From Blepharisma stoltei ATCC 30299 (taxonomy: Eukaryota > Protista > Ciliophora): a stretch of 64,000 nucleotides of DNA. Numbering within the stretch: the stretch's first letter is position 1; each line of letters starts with the position of its first letter. The stretch lies in the NCBI GenBank assembly GCA_965603825.1, contig CBFDEM010000041.1, forward strand, positions 62,001-126,000, read 5' to 3'. Both the position numbers and the translations under genes were made by a program. The notes below the pieces were generated by a model. That model was given only the letters and a program-made list of their open reading frames with translations. It was not told where the DNA came from and searched no databases. Below are positions 33,517-45,816 of the stretch, piece after piece.

Positions 33517-33907
33517 TTAAGGCAAATTAAGTCTTTTTTGTAGCCTCGTAATGCCTATAGATTGGATGGCAATTGGGTAAGATCTAGCGAAAAATAGACA
33601 TCTTTCTTTGAGAATATCTGAAGACAGTTTAAGTGTAATTATTGTCAATAATAACTGTTAATTGTGCAGGATTTTCTGAGGTTCATAAGAAAAGGTTCAT
33701 GCCATGGAGATCTGGTGAAGGTTGGCTATTTTCTATAAAATTCAGTTAAATAGATGATGGAGTAGAGGAGCTGGAGCATTTAAAGGGTCTCGAGGATCTA
33801 CGCAAAAAAAGCTGAGAAAAGGTGGCTTATTGGGCAGACTTTGGGCTAAACAGCCCTGGAGTAGGCTGGTCTTTTTGAGAAGAACCAAATAATAATTGAG
33901 AATCCAT
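33517..33907 (-). pseudogene. Probable decayed gene (coding-like composition, several stops and frameshifts)
   Basis: ATG 33907 (MDSQLLFGSSQKDQPTPGLFSPK) and a downstream fragment LSSDILKERCLFFARSYPIAI; no continuous frame even with TGA=Trp. Confidence 0.3.
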
Positions 33908-33965
33908 TTAATAATATTTATAAATACTCTATTAGACAAATAAGTATCTTTATTATTAAAACCCT

Positions 33966-34862
33966 TTAAGGCTTTAAAAGATCAATCTGCTGATTCACCA
34001 GAGATATGCTCTTTTTCAGTATTTCAATCCTTTTTAAGTCCAAATGTCCACTGCTTACCAATTTATTGAATTTTCTTTTGAATAGCATATCTGTAAATGA
34101 TGTTATTTTGAACCCTTCTTTATTTTTCATAAAAAACATATAGCCTAAAAACATCCAGCTTGCCCCAACTACATAAGAAACTGGCTCCATCACATCTCAG
34201 CCGTATAAAATAAAAGTTCCATACCCAATAATTCCCCATTGAGCTATTAAAGTAGTCAATCCTCCGTAAATCACCAGTTTCGCATAATGATGGGATATTT
34301 CTTCAATTTCTTTTAATTTCTTTTCTAAAGGCTCCAATTCGATTTCCATAGACGCGATTTGGGATTTGAGGATTTCGATGTCGGATTCTCTTGCAGCTTT
34401 ATCTTCTTCAATCGCAGAAGCTGCTGCAGCTTGTAAATCGCTGTATGTGAATTGATTAGGGAGTGAGTTGGTAAGTCTTTCTAGGTATTTGCTAATAATT
34501 CTAGCATCATTAAAAGAAATCCCAGCTTCTTTGCACAATCCTAAAAATTCTTCTTTTCCTCTTATAAATTGACCAATTCCAGGATAAACATGATAGCTTT
34601 TATTGTCAATTGATATATTGAATGGCTTTTTCGTAATTTCTCCTAATGTAAGCGATTGAGGTGCTTCTTTATCCGAAAATAAAAGCTTGACTGATTTTAT
34701 AGCATTATCTCCCAGCTTGATTTCTTGGATCAAGTCGCCAACAGTTTTATGAGACTCAAGAACAAATTCTTGGGCTTGAGACGATAAAGCCAGCTGTAAT
34801 CGTGGAGGAAATGTAGGAGTTAATTCTAGTGACGAAAATAACCGAAGACTTCTTCTAAGCAT
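33966..34862 (-). CDS. MCU: Mitochondrial calcium uniporter
   Basis: Mitochondrial-type presequence, coiled coil, TM1-W(TGA 34197-34199)DVMEPVSY-TM2 selectivity filter. Confidence 0.93.
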
Positions 34863-35713
34863 TTAATTTTTTATTTATTTCATGGCTAATGAAATATGAA
34901 CTACTGCTATAAATGAGAAGGAATAGATTTTGATATTTTGATAGTTTGGTATAAATATTATAAAAAAATAAATATTTTGCAAGTATGCATATTTTGATAA
35001 TTTAAAATCATTTTGTAGGTTATGGCATATTACGACATAAAAGAAAAAGAACACAGAATTTATATATTTAACTTATTAGCAAGAAATTGCAATCTTAATC
35101 TTATTTTAAAATGCAAAACATTAAGCTAAAATTCTCTCCGATAAATATAAACTCATGCCTTTCTTTAATTTGTGTTAAAATTCTTTTTCAATAATAAAAT
35201 TTTTAAAGAGGTCTATTCCAAAGGACTATTTCTATTTTTTAAAATAGAATTATCACGCCTTAATATTAAAAGAGAATAAATTCATTTATTAACAAATATT
35301 CAATAATTTTTATTCTAATAATCCGCTTCTATTTATTAAATCAAAGAATTTCAAGACTATTTTCTGAATTTACATTTAAAACATGGCTTTTGTCTATAAT
35401 TTTGGCATTAATATTGCAAAATAAAATAAAATAAAAATAAACGAAATTCAAGAAAAATGTGTATAAAATTCTAAATTTAAATAATGATTAATATGGATGC
35501 CATTTTTTATTACAATAGCGAGCACTGCAATTTTTAGTCACAAAATTCTCGCGCCAATTTTTTTATTTCAATAAAACCCAATCTCAAACCTTTTCGCCTT
35601 CTTTTTCTTCCTGGTCATATTTTCCACCCAATTTTCAAAATCTTCCAAAATTGCATTTTGAGCCAAAATAAGCTTAGGGGAGCCAATTACTCTCTTATTA
35701 AGCAATTTAAATT

Positions 35714-36616
35714 ATGGAAGGCCTCAGAACTCGAAAGCGAAAAAACCCAAACTACGATTTCGTCCCAAAAACTAAAAAGCTCAAAGTCATCAAAAATTCA
35801 ATCGAAGTTTGCTGTTTGAAGTGTTCCACACTGTACAATAAAGAAGATGAGCACTTCTGTCAATGTAAAACAGGACTCATTAACATAGGAAATTCTTGCT
35901 ATATAAATTCAGTCTTTCAAGTTTTCGCTGACCTGATGGTTCCTCTCTATATTACTTCAGACTCACAGCTAGGCTTAATGATAAAAAGTTTGCGTTCATA
36001 TTCTGAGCAGCCTATTTCTACTGAAATTGTATTAACAGAACTTGACCATTTATGGGAACATAAAAATGTCCAGGAAGACGCACATGAATTTTTTATAGCT
36101 ATGCTCGCAGCTTTTAACGGGTCAGTTTTTCAATTTTCGACGCAGTCCGAGTGTTTTTGTGAGAGCTGCAACTTGAGTTTTATCGGGGATTTAAAAGAAG
36201 ATAATACTTTTCATATGATGATTGATGGATCGACCTTACAAGAACAAATAAATGGAAGCATGGAAGAAATTTTAGCTGACTGCCCAAACTGCACATGGCC
36301 AAAACTTACGTGCTACAAAACAATAATAAAACCTCCTGAAATCCTTGTGGTAAAAATGAACAGGTTCCAATTCAACCAGACCACCGGAAATGCAAGCAAA
36401 GTGTCAAGTAAGGTAGAAATCCCACAAAATGTTGAAATCGGGACTAAGAGGTATAGCTTATCTGCAGTGATTCTGCATAAAAGCAGATCATTAAGATACG
36501 GGCATTACACTACTTATTTTCATAGGAAGAAAATTTTAATTGACGACGAGGTGGTTTTTTACAACAAAACACTGAAGCTGGACCATGCTCATTTTTACAT
36601 AGCATTTTATTCATAA
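35714..36616 (+). CDS. Minimal ubiquitin-specific protease (peptidase C19) with a basic NLS-like and Cys/His-rich N-terminus
   Basis: TGLINIGNSCYINSVFQ Cys box, QEDAHEFF, CxxC pairs, LSAVILH..GHYTTY..IDDEVV His box. Confidence 0.88.
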   Translation: MEGLRTRKRKNPNYDFVPKTKKLKVIKNSIEVCCLKCSTLYNKEDEHFCQCKTGLINIGNSCYINSVFQVFADLMVPLYITSDSQLGLMIKSLRSYSEQPISTEIVLTELDHLWEHKNVQEDAHEFFIAMLAAFNGSVFQFSTQSECFCESCNLSFIGDLKEDNTFHMMIDGSTLQEQINGSMEEILADCPNCTWPKLTCYKTIIKPPEILVVKMNRFQFNQTTGNASKVSSKVEIPQNVEIGTKRYSLSAVILHKSRSLRYGHYTTYFHRKKILIDDEVVFYNKTLKLDHAHFYIAFYS

Positions 36617-36692
36617 GATATTTTAATTCATTTGGGCTAATAATTAATTTTGATGGAGAAGTTTATTGTACATTTATCATGAATTTTAAAAG

Positions 36693-37466
36693 ATGGTAAT
36701 CGTCGGCGCTTATGTTGAAAGTGGGGACTTTCAAATTGACGACGATACAATAATATATTCCTCACAGAACATGCAGATAAGTGTGACTGTTGATTTTGTA
36801 GGAAGACTTGACACAATTAAAAACATTGCGATAGCGGCGATTGAGTCAGTTTGCAAAACTGGTGAAAGCGCAAGTATTATTGGGTGCGGCTTGAACTTTG
36901 AACAATTATTTAATTTACTAGATTCCGACTTATCTAGGCTGTTTCCAGCTCGATGCACCTTAGTCAAAACAGGAAGATTATCTCATATGAGATTAAAAAA
37001 AGAATGGCTCGCAGACACTAGTCACGACGCTCTTAAAGAAATAACGAAAATTCATTCAAAATCGCCTCTGGGGATCATCTTATGGCAGCTTTCTAACACT
37101 TTCTTAACAAGCTCTCCTCCATATCTTCAGTTAATTCCAGTTATGCCTAAACTCTCCATGAGTCTTGCAGATTTACCATTGCTGAGCCCACAGCCAACTT
37201 TGACTATTTTATGCTGGCTTAATGAAATTATGGCTTTGCAGGTACTTCACTTTGTGGGGAAAATAAATAAAACTTTAAGGATCAGTAATGGGCCGACAAG
37301 AATTGGACAATTGTTAGAAAAATATAAGTCACAGCTGAAGCAGCTTGACCAGCTGATTTCAGAGTCCCCGAAAACTATGAATAGGCTGTCATTGGATAAT
37401 ATGGAGCTTGGTGAGCTTTTTCAAGACACCCGGACGAATTTTCGTGATGATTTAAGATCGGTGTAA
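36693..37466 (+). CDS. Hypothetical protein, 257 aa
   Basis: Uninterrupted ORF with globular composition; no confident family. Confidence 0.7.
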   Translation: MVIVGAYVESGDFQIDDDTIIYSSQNMQISVTVDFVGRLDTIKNIAIAAIESVCKTGESASIIGCGLNFEQLFNLLDSDLSRLFPARCTLVKTGRLSHMRLKKEWLADTSHDALKEITKIHSKSPLGIILWQLSNTFLTSSPPYLQLIPVMPKLSMSLADLPLLSPQPTLTILCWLNEIMALQVLHFVGKINKTLRISNGPTRIGQLLEKYKSQLKQLDQLISESPKTMNRLSLDNMELGELFQDTRTNFRDDLRSV

Positions 37467-37611
37467 TAAGGCACCACATATGATTAATAAGATTTAACTA
37501 TTAGTAAGCTAATAGTTTAATAGTAATTTTTTTAGCTGTATTTAAATATATGATTTATTTTAAATTATATAGAATTTTGAATTTTTGATGAGATTATGGT
37601 AATTTGGATAA

Positions 37612-40044
37612 ATGGAAGAATTATTTAGAGAAGACAGCCCACCTGGAATTAGACTTATCGATTCAATTGCAATTTTAGGTCTCACATTAAAGTCCTTGCG
37701 CAGTAATTTTTACCTAGATATGTTTTTAGAAGGGAAGCAGTCAGGAACTCCAGAAGTGATCGTTCAGCTCCCACCAACCTCAAATACAGTGACAACAGGG
37801 CAAATAAACGTAATTTCCACCTAGATGATCTTCACAAGCCAAACTATTAGTCTAGAAAAAACTCAAGGCATGCCAAAATATTTCTCAACAACAATTACAA
37901 ACGAAAAAGGAATTTTTACACATTTTCATTGTCTCATTACATATGAAAAAATAAATCCACACATAATTGAGATGTCAAAAAACAGACTTTACAAGCCTAA
38001 ATTTTTTGATTTTATCCCACGAGAATATCCATCCCCACCAAATAATTTTGAGGACTATTACGTCCCAATAGCTTTATGCTTAATGACTCATAGCAACTAT
38101 ATTGATTTATTTCGAAATATTTTAGAATCTTTATATCTCCACACTTTAGATATCCTTCAAAACGAAAATAAAGAAATTTCCCGTCTGCTCAGCTCTACAG
38201 AATTTATGAAAACCTGCTGCTTTTTGCTTAATGATACCATAATTCCTCCTCCAGATGTACAAATTAACCTGCATATAGGAAAAGACCAAATAGCGATCCC
38301 TATCGAGATTTATTCCCGCTTATCCCACAATGAAAGTTGTGTAGCTGTCCTTATCGATTTAATTGATATAAGAAACGTCATTGAATTTTGAGAAAGCATT
38401 CTGCTGAACAAGCATGCATTTTTATTATCCTGTAATGAATATTTGTTATATTTGGTATTAGAAGCGTTTAAAATTTTGCTTTTTCCTATGAAATGGACGT
38501 TAAGCTATATCCCTGTTTTAGCTGAAGGAGGAGTTGATGTGCTAGGAATACCAACTCCTGTGCTTATAGGGATTAATAGTGACCATATAAGTGCTGAAGA
38601 AGCTATAGAAGCTGACGACTCTGCGACGATTTTAGATATTGACTCAAATATATTATATACTTCAGAAAAATCAGTGCTTTGTGATTGTGTAAAAGCAAAT
38701 ATTTCGAGAAAAATCCAGCTTGCGAAAGCGTATTATTATGTGAATAGTGATAGATTGAGTACGTTTAGAATGACAAGTTTAGAAGAAAACCTGGAGGATA
38801 AGCTGTTTGTGAAAACTGCTAGAAAATTGCTGGAGACTTGGGATGACACTGAAAGAGACCAAATTTTTGTTTCGCTGATTCGGCATGCATTTTTTAATGA
38901 ATTTATTGTAGGGATTAGCAAGTTTTCAGATTTTACGTATTTGGATACTCAAGATAATAATTGGAAAATTCATAAGCAGCTATTTTTGGAAAAAGTAAAA
39001 AATTGTACTTCTAAATGTACGATGACGAATTTTTGGGGACTTTTTTTAGATTCAGTCACATTTAATCAATTTTTAGATTACTATGAAAAATTCGATGAAT
39101 CTCTGCTTGACCAATTTTTGAACATATTAGAATCCATCCGCAAAGAAGACTATAAAATTTTCACAAATAAAAAATGCTATACCTTGGATCTTCAATGTGA
39201 AATTACCTCAAAACAATTTTACGAAGGCATTGAAAAAAAATTATCATCATTTGACCCCTCTGATTCTGCTCAAAAATTCGCAAAAAATTCCTGCCTAGAA
39301 ATGCTGAATGAAATAAAAGAAATCTTTGCATATTATCATATGCATTATGAAAATCAATATTTTTCAGGAATTCCGCTTAAGAAGACAAGGAGTTTATTGG
39401 CTGGGTCACCAATTAGTACAATTGAGGCAAGTTTTGCTGATGTGTACTATGGGGAATTTGGAATAATTCAGATGATACAAACATTAATACAGCCTATTAT
39501 GAAGAAAAAAGATTTTCGGAATTTTTGCACAAGTGAAGAAATTATTATGGATAATATTATGTATGATATTAAGGTCTCAAGCCAATGAGAGCCAGTGGTC
39601 GTTAAATTTTTGTATTTGCTAAAAAAAGACAAAAAATATACAAATTTTCAGCAGTTGGCTGAACTTTGTATGCATATAAATCTGCTTGAAACAGAAAGGC
39701 TACCTCGACATCATGCTTGCAAAATAATAGAAAAACTCTACACAGAAGACCCAAACAACTTAATCCCATTTTCTGAATCCCACGGCAAGCTAAAACAGCT
39801 AGCAGAAAAATATAAAAGATCAAGAAGAAGTATGCCTTTTGAAGCAAGACCATCTACCGTTGAAAACAGTGTCCAAACAAATCCTTCAATTTATAATCAC
39901 AGATCAACTGAAAGTTCTTCAAAAAATAGAAAAAGTAGAAGCACAGAAAGGTCAAAAACACTAGGTAGTACCATAAGTCTTATAGAGAGAAAAGGGAAAA
40001 GAAAAAAAACTGATCAATCAAGTAAAAAATTGAATAATTATTAA
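37612..40044 (+). CDS. DENN-domain protein (Rab GEF family); intron 37810..37824
   Basis: FSTTITNEKG..HFHCL, YVPIALCL, F-W(TGA)-ESILLNK, LLFPMKWTLSYIPVL, PTPVLIGI, FLDSVTFNQF. Confidence 0.9.
37810..37824 (+). other. 15-nt intron GTAATTTCCACCTAG
   Basis: Explains the in-frame TAG between two abutting ORFs. Confidence 0.88.
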
Positions 40045-40051
40045 TATAAAA

Positions 40052-40278
40052 ATGGGAAATTGTTTTAGTGGACGCACTGATAAAGATGAGAAAAATTCAA
40101 CGACATCTGCAGGATCTGCAAAAAAAGAGCCTGAAAAGAAAAAATGTAAGCCGAAGCCTGTAAGTAACTACCAAAGACCTTGCTGGACAGGTTGACGCTA
40201 GATCAGAAGATTGGAATAAAAGATCAAGTGAGTCTGTTATTTAAAGGTAGGATAATAGATGAGATCTTTAATATATAA
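40052..40278 (+). CDS. Putative acylated microprotein (MGNCFSG...); ends at TAG 40201 unspliced, or at TAA 40278 with a 17-nt intron 40160..40176
   Basis: AAAAATG context; MGNC myristoylation/palmitoylation-type start; basic patch. Confidence 0.5.
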
Positions 40279-41147
40279 TTAATATAGAATTTATTCATGA
40301 AAATTGCTAAATTAAGTATTTCTTGAGGATTTTTTGTAATTTTTGATAGGCTAATAATATCTCTAAAATTCAGTATTTTAAATTACCGAATATATTTTTA
40401 TAAAAAGAATTTTATGGACGAGATTTTTTCATCGAAAGAATAGATTAGTGTTTGAAAATAATTAAAATAGTATAAATATTTAGAAATATATCATTCACAA
40501 TATATATATGTAATTGAAAATAAAAAATTATTATAGGCTACATGTTTTGTGCAGAGGAAAGAAAAGAGTGTAATTCATCTTCATCCTTAGGTGGACATAG
40601 AAGAGGAAACCAGCAGACAACTAACTAAAGCAAAACCAAGGAAAAACTCACAAAAATCTTAAAGAAGAAGATGAAACTAGAAAAAAGATTCATGATATAA
40701 GGCCAAGTGAATTTATTATTTCAAACATAGGGCAATAAATGAGGTCTTTAGCCCTCTAAAACTTTATTATAATTGATTTTTTATTATCTTATTGAGAAAA
40801 TATGTGACTTTTTTACTATGATGAATTTGGCTAAGGAAAAATTTAATTTATCAATTATAAATATTAAAGACATTTTATGCAGAAACAATCTGGCAAAAAT
40901 TAATTCATTTTACTATAAGTTTTCAAATAATGATATAAGAGATATAAACATATTTTAAAAAATGAAATTTATCTTGTTTTAATTATAAACTCACCCATTT
41001 AAAATAATATTCCAAATGCCTCTCTACCTTAATAAGATTTTATTAACAATAAATATCTTTGTTTTCAAGTGAATTTATTGCTTGCCCATTTATTGCTTCA
41101 TAATAACATAATAAAATGTTAAACTATAAAATAACAGTGATTTGGAT

Positions 41148-41861
41148 ATGAAAAGTAAAAACAAATGCTCGAAAATGCTCAGAAGATTTTGCTCCTGAGC
41201 CTTGCCTTGCATCATTAAAAAAGACTTGCTAGACAAAGATCCAAAGGAGCTTCCTACAAATGGAAATGCTCATGTTAATACTTTAGAAATTTCAAATAAC
41301 TACAGAGATGCTGACCAGAACCAAAAATTCAAAGAAAACCAAAAAAATCTGGAATTTTCCCAGCTGCCAATCTGCACAACAAGCTTTACAAATCAAATTA
41401 TTATCAAAAATAAAGAAGAAGAAAATAAATCATTAGATTTCAGCGAAGAGAATAATTTTTCGGTTCGCCTAGATTTCGAAAGTATTGGTTCATTTGGAGC
41501 TAGCCCTATTCAGCTATGCGGAGAAGATGATAGTTTTATATCTGAGTTCCACTTCAGCTCAAAGGCAAATTCTCCAATAAAGGATCAAATTAAAGCTGAA
41601 AATTCTCCATCCCTTAAAAAATCAGAGTCATCTTATCATACCCCAGAGCCAATTGTCCAGAATTTTGTCAGGAGTGATACACCTCACACTGAAAGAGTCA
41701 CCAGAAAAATGCCAAAATTGCCACCTCTTACCCCTGACTTGTTTCAAATAAAAGCAAGGCAGTTTAGAAAAGGATTTAGATACGTATTAAGAGAAAGGAA
41801 AAATAAAAGTGAGACCAATGCGGCAGCAACTGAGCTAGAAACTGATGTTGCTGTAGCTTAA
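41148..41861 (+). CDS. Hypothetical low-complexity protein
   Basis: ATG 41148 is in frame through a TGA to the 219-aa ORF; C-terminal KLPPLTP motif. Confidence 0.7.
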
Positions 41862-41932
41862 TTTGGAAGTTTTATGGATCTTATTCACATTAAATGTATA
41901 ATAACCTTGAATATTTATATTTTTTTCAAAAA

Positions 41933-42832
41933 TTAGTTAGTTTCTATTAGCGTGAAAAATGTAATAAACCCACCTATTGAGAAAAATAGCAAAATTATCC
42001 CTGCACATTTTTTTATCAAATTTTCATTTTTTGTTGGGGAATTTATGGTGTCAAAAATTAAAAAGCTTATAAGGAGCCCAAATAAAGCGCCTCCTATATG
42101 CCCAAAACTATCAGTAGAACTTGATGGCTAAATAGAAATTACCATAACAAGGTTGATGACTATTAATATTATGACCCAAATCAATGAGTTTATCCTGTTA
42201 GGATTTCCTTCTAAACTTGTCCAATTTAACACTATTCAGGCCAAAATGGCAGTTGTGAGCCCAAAAATAGCAGTGGATGCCCCTACAGCTAAACTTAAAG
42301 GTGAAAAAAGAGATGAAACTAGTATTCCTCCTATTCCAGAACCAAAATAAACAATTATTGTTTTCCATAACCCAACAGTAGCTTCAACCCTAAATCCAAT
42401 AATAACTTGCATAAGCATATTAAATATTAAATGTGTGAGATTTGCATGTAAAAATACAGGAGTTAAAAATCTTCATAATTCATAATGATTCTTCATTTTG
42501 TCTGTGTTCTTCTCCCCAAATAAGTCAAGAGATTCAGAACTTGGCTTTAAAAAAGCATTTGAGTTATAATAGCAGACGACTGTCAGAAAATATATAAAAA
42601 TCTGTACACAAGTGATAGTAAACACAAAAGATTTAATCGTGAATGAAGGACAAAAGAATAATCTCAGCATGTCAAGAAATGACTCCTTACGAGCTTGTTG
42701 GGATGTACCTAACTCAGGACTTTCTCCAAGAATTGGGTATTTTTGTAAATTATTACTTCTTATAAGTCTTTGCCGCTCTCTATCGTTGCCTTGGTCTCTA
42801 TTTAAATCTCTAAAGCTCCGAATTCATGACAT
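41933..42832 (-). CDS. Rhomboid intramembrane serine protease; intron 42128..42142
   Basis: YEL-W(TGA)-RFLTPVFLHANLTHLIFN, AVGASTAIFG (catalytic Ser), GHIGG (catalytic His). Confidence 0.92.
42128..42142 (-). other. 15-nt intron GTAATTTCTATTTAG
   Basis: In-frame TAG before the catalytic His helix. Confidence 0.9.
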
Positions 42833-42948
42833 TTTTATGACCAGGGCAGTAGTTTTTGAAATAAGTTAATAATTAGAAAGTTGATTATACATTAACTATA
42901 TATCAAAATATAGATTTATCCGATTAGGCAGTCAATTAATTTTTTTTA

Positions 42949-43479
42949 TTAATTATGTTGCCATATATAAAAGTTTAGGTAAGTGGCAAATAAAATCCAC
43001 AGTAAATAAGGAGTCATGAGATATGAGACTTTTCTAAGGTTTTGATAAGCCAAATAAATAATTAAGCTAACAGCGACATCCATAATCACTATAACTAAAA
43101 GTGAGCAGCCAGTCAAATGAAAAGAAAAAAACAAGGGCGTCCAGCTCCAGTTCAGAATTAGCTGCAGCACGTATAATTCCTTGATAAGCTTGATCTTAGG
43201 GAACAATGGTGCTTTCCAAATCATCCAGCCGCATATAGCTATCATTGTGTACAAAGTTGTTCAAGCAATCGGAAACACAATATTTGGTGGCGTAAGAGGG
43301 GAGCGATTTAATGTGGTATACCAATTTTTAATCTGAGATCTTGTCAGAGCTCCACTTACAGATCCAACCAAAATAAGTACAGCTATCCATACAAATAAAG
43401 AGATTTTATTTGTGTTTGAGCATCTTTGTCTTTCACTTTCAACTCCTTGATCGCTATTCAATCTTTCGTATGACGACAT
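42949..43479 (-). CDS. TSPO: TspO/MBR translocator protein
   Basis: WYTTLNRSPLTPPNIVFPIA-W(TGA)-TTLY, QLILNWSWTPLFF, LMTPYLLWILFATYLN. Confidence 0.93.
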
Positions 43480-43658
43480 ATTTATAATTTTAGAATGAGA
43501 TAATTCTAGAATAATTAAAACCTTATTTATACTGTAGCAGACCAGTTTGGTATTATGAAATCGTGGCCGATAGAATAAGATACTGGATTTTGTTAATTTA
43601 ATAAGCATTCTGAATCATGCTATTTTTAAGGACACAAGATTTTGATTATGATAAAAAA

Positions 43659-43799
43659 ATGCAAGGGAAATGTTCTCTGGATCCTAAAAACAGATTTATG
43701 AATTTACTATCGTTATGCAAAGTTTATCAGCAGAATTTTAACAAATTTAATATATCAATGCTATTTCATTTCATGATCTCAGCAAAGATGAGCATTTAA
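43659..43799 (+). pseudogene. Truncated duplicate of the kinase 5' end (MQGKCSLDPKNRFMNL vs MQGKCPLEPKNRFINL)
   Basis: Matches the sequence from 44531 onward; both copies are preceded by TAAGGACACA; decays after about 16 codons. Confidence 0.8.
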
Positions 43800-44059
43800 T
43801 ATAATAATAAGAAAAATTAATGACAGATTATTGTGAAATCCTTCTTTCATAGTCTTAGTGATATTTCTAATTTGAGCTTTCTCGAAGGTCATTGGTTAAT
43901 TTCTCATTTAAAAGTCTTTGTTTCTCATTTTGATTTGATCTCGATTTATCATAATCTTATAATCCTAGTAGCTTTGCAGCCAGATTGCAATATATTTGAA
44001 ATAAGCAGATAATCTATAACACAATGCCGATATTTAATTTAGGTACTCAATTTATTATA

Positions 44060-44485
44060 TTAATTATGCTGCCATATATAATAGTGTAGGTAAGTAGAAA
44101 TAAAATTCAAAATAAATAAGGAGTCATTAGAAATGAGACTGTTCTGAGCTATTGATATGTGAAATAAATAATCATACCAATAGCAATATCCATCAAATCA
44201 AAAATATTAAACGGTCAATTGAAGCGAGAAAACAAGAGTGCGTAGCTTCATATTAGGATTTGATACCCTACATATAATCCTATAATGTATTTAAGCAGAG
44301 GGAACCTTCGATCTTGAAAAATCATCAAGTCTCATATTGCAATTATTATCCAAGAAAAAGCCAAGCATATCCTGATGCATCACTTGCTGGCAAGTGATTT
44401 AATATTGGTACCAATATCTAATATGAGCAGATTAAGCATAACTCCACTTAAGCACAAATTAAAACAATTGCAGCTATAGATATAT
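44060..44485 (-). pseudogene. TspO pseudogene (tandem duplicate)
   Basis: Colinear with about 42949-43395 (e.g. TAAATAAGGAGTCAT, TTAATTATG-TGCCATATATAA); has an in-frame TAG, indels and no start. Confidence 0.85.
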
Positions 44486-44530
44486 GAATATGATTTCTAA
44501 GGACACATAATTTAAATTTTAAATTAAAAA

Positions 44531-45724
44531 ATGCAAGGAAAATGTCCGTTAGAGCCTAAGAACAGATTCATCAATTTAAAACCAATTTCTCAAAAATTAT
44601 TCAGCAGAACTATGCTAAATTTTAATACTTCTCCCTCAAATGCAGCTTCAGATCGTGCTCCTAGCAATAATAACGAAGAAATAATTAAAAATAATATTCG
44701 CCAAACAAACAGAGTTCTAACTGTTTTATCCCCAAAAAATTCAAAACCTACGCTAATTATTAAAAAACGGTCTAAAACCCCAAGAATCCAAACTCCTCTT
44801 ACAACTCAAGGCTCCACAAATGACCTTGAAATCGCAAAAGATCCAATAGATTTTTATGATTTTGGGAAAATTTTAGGAATTGGCTCCTATGCAATTGTAA
44901 GAGAAGCGGTTTATGCTCCTTCATTGACTAAGTACGCAGTTAAAATTTATGAGAAAAGCAAGCTAATTGATCCTCACAAGAAAAGAAATGTAAAAAAAGA
45001 AGTTGTAATTATGAGTACTCTAAACCATCCTTTTATTATTAAAATGAAAGAATGTATTAGCACAAAGCACCAGCTGTATATATTTATGGAATATGTCGGA
45101 GGAATGTCACTGCATAAATACTTAAAAGCAATGCCAAACAGAAAATTGAATGAAGACGAAGGTAGGAGGATTTTTGGTCAAATTTTATCAGCCGTAGATT
45201 ATTGTCACTCACTAGGTATTGCACATAGAGATATCAAGCTTGAAAATATCCTGATTGATAAATATAATAACATCAAATTAATTGATTTTGGATTTTCAAC
45301 TTATGTATCAAGTGACAAAAAGAATACAGTCTTTTGTGGAACCCCCAGCTATATGGCTCCAGAAATTATAGCTAGAAGAGGATATCAAGCTGCATCAGCT
45401 GATATATGAGCATTAGGAGTCCTTTTATATGTACTTCTATGTGGGAACTATCCATTTAGAGGCAAAACAGACCAAGAAGTCTACAAAAATATTTTAATTG
45501 GAAATTATGAAGCTCCAAGCGGAGTCTCATATCTCGCGAAATCACTAATAAGAAAAACACTCCAAAGCGACCCAAATAAGCGCCCACTATGCTCACAAAT
45601 TAAAGAAGACCCTTGAATGAAATGCACAAATATATTGCAGCCTTCTAATAGCCATATTGATTTAGATAAGCTTCAATTTATTTCACAAAAAACGCTGAAA
45701 GGTAAAGAAAATAAAGAAAATTAA
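44531..45724 (+). CDS. CAMK-group (MARK/SNF1-like) Ser/Thr kinase, 397 aa
   Basis: GIGSYAIV, HRDIKLEN, DFG, FCGTPSYMAPE, ADI-W(TGA 45407-45409)-ALGV, DP-W(TGA); TAA at 45722-45724. Confidence 0.93.
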
Positions 45725-45816
45725 CTCATGCTTTGTAAATCATTTTAATATTTTAATTATTAAGACTCTTATAAGAATTCAGCTTATGCTAAATATATAA
45801 TAATTTAAAAATGAAG

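Noticed and set aside
35714-37466. Calling the USP island a transposon or endogenous virus
   Set aside because: No TIR/TSD, transposase, integrase or capsid is recognisable, so it is kept only as a hypothesis in the findings.
37612-37827. In-frame TAG suggesting UAG=Gln (old translation table 15)
   Set aside because: The TAG is the acceptor of a 15-nt intron, and TAG clearly terminates GMPPB, CDPK, the flippase and the CaaX protein.
40221-40240. AGATCAAGTGAGTCTGTT resembling the U2 snRNA branch-pairing region
   Set aside because: It lacks GTAGTA and the U2 5' stem, and probably lies in coding sequence.
40540-40740. Purine-rich fragment loosely like the MGNC microprotein
   Set aside because: The similarity is too weak and the frame is broken.
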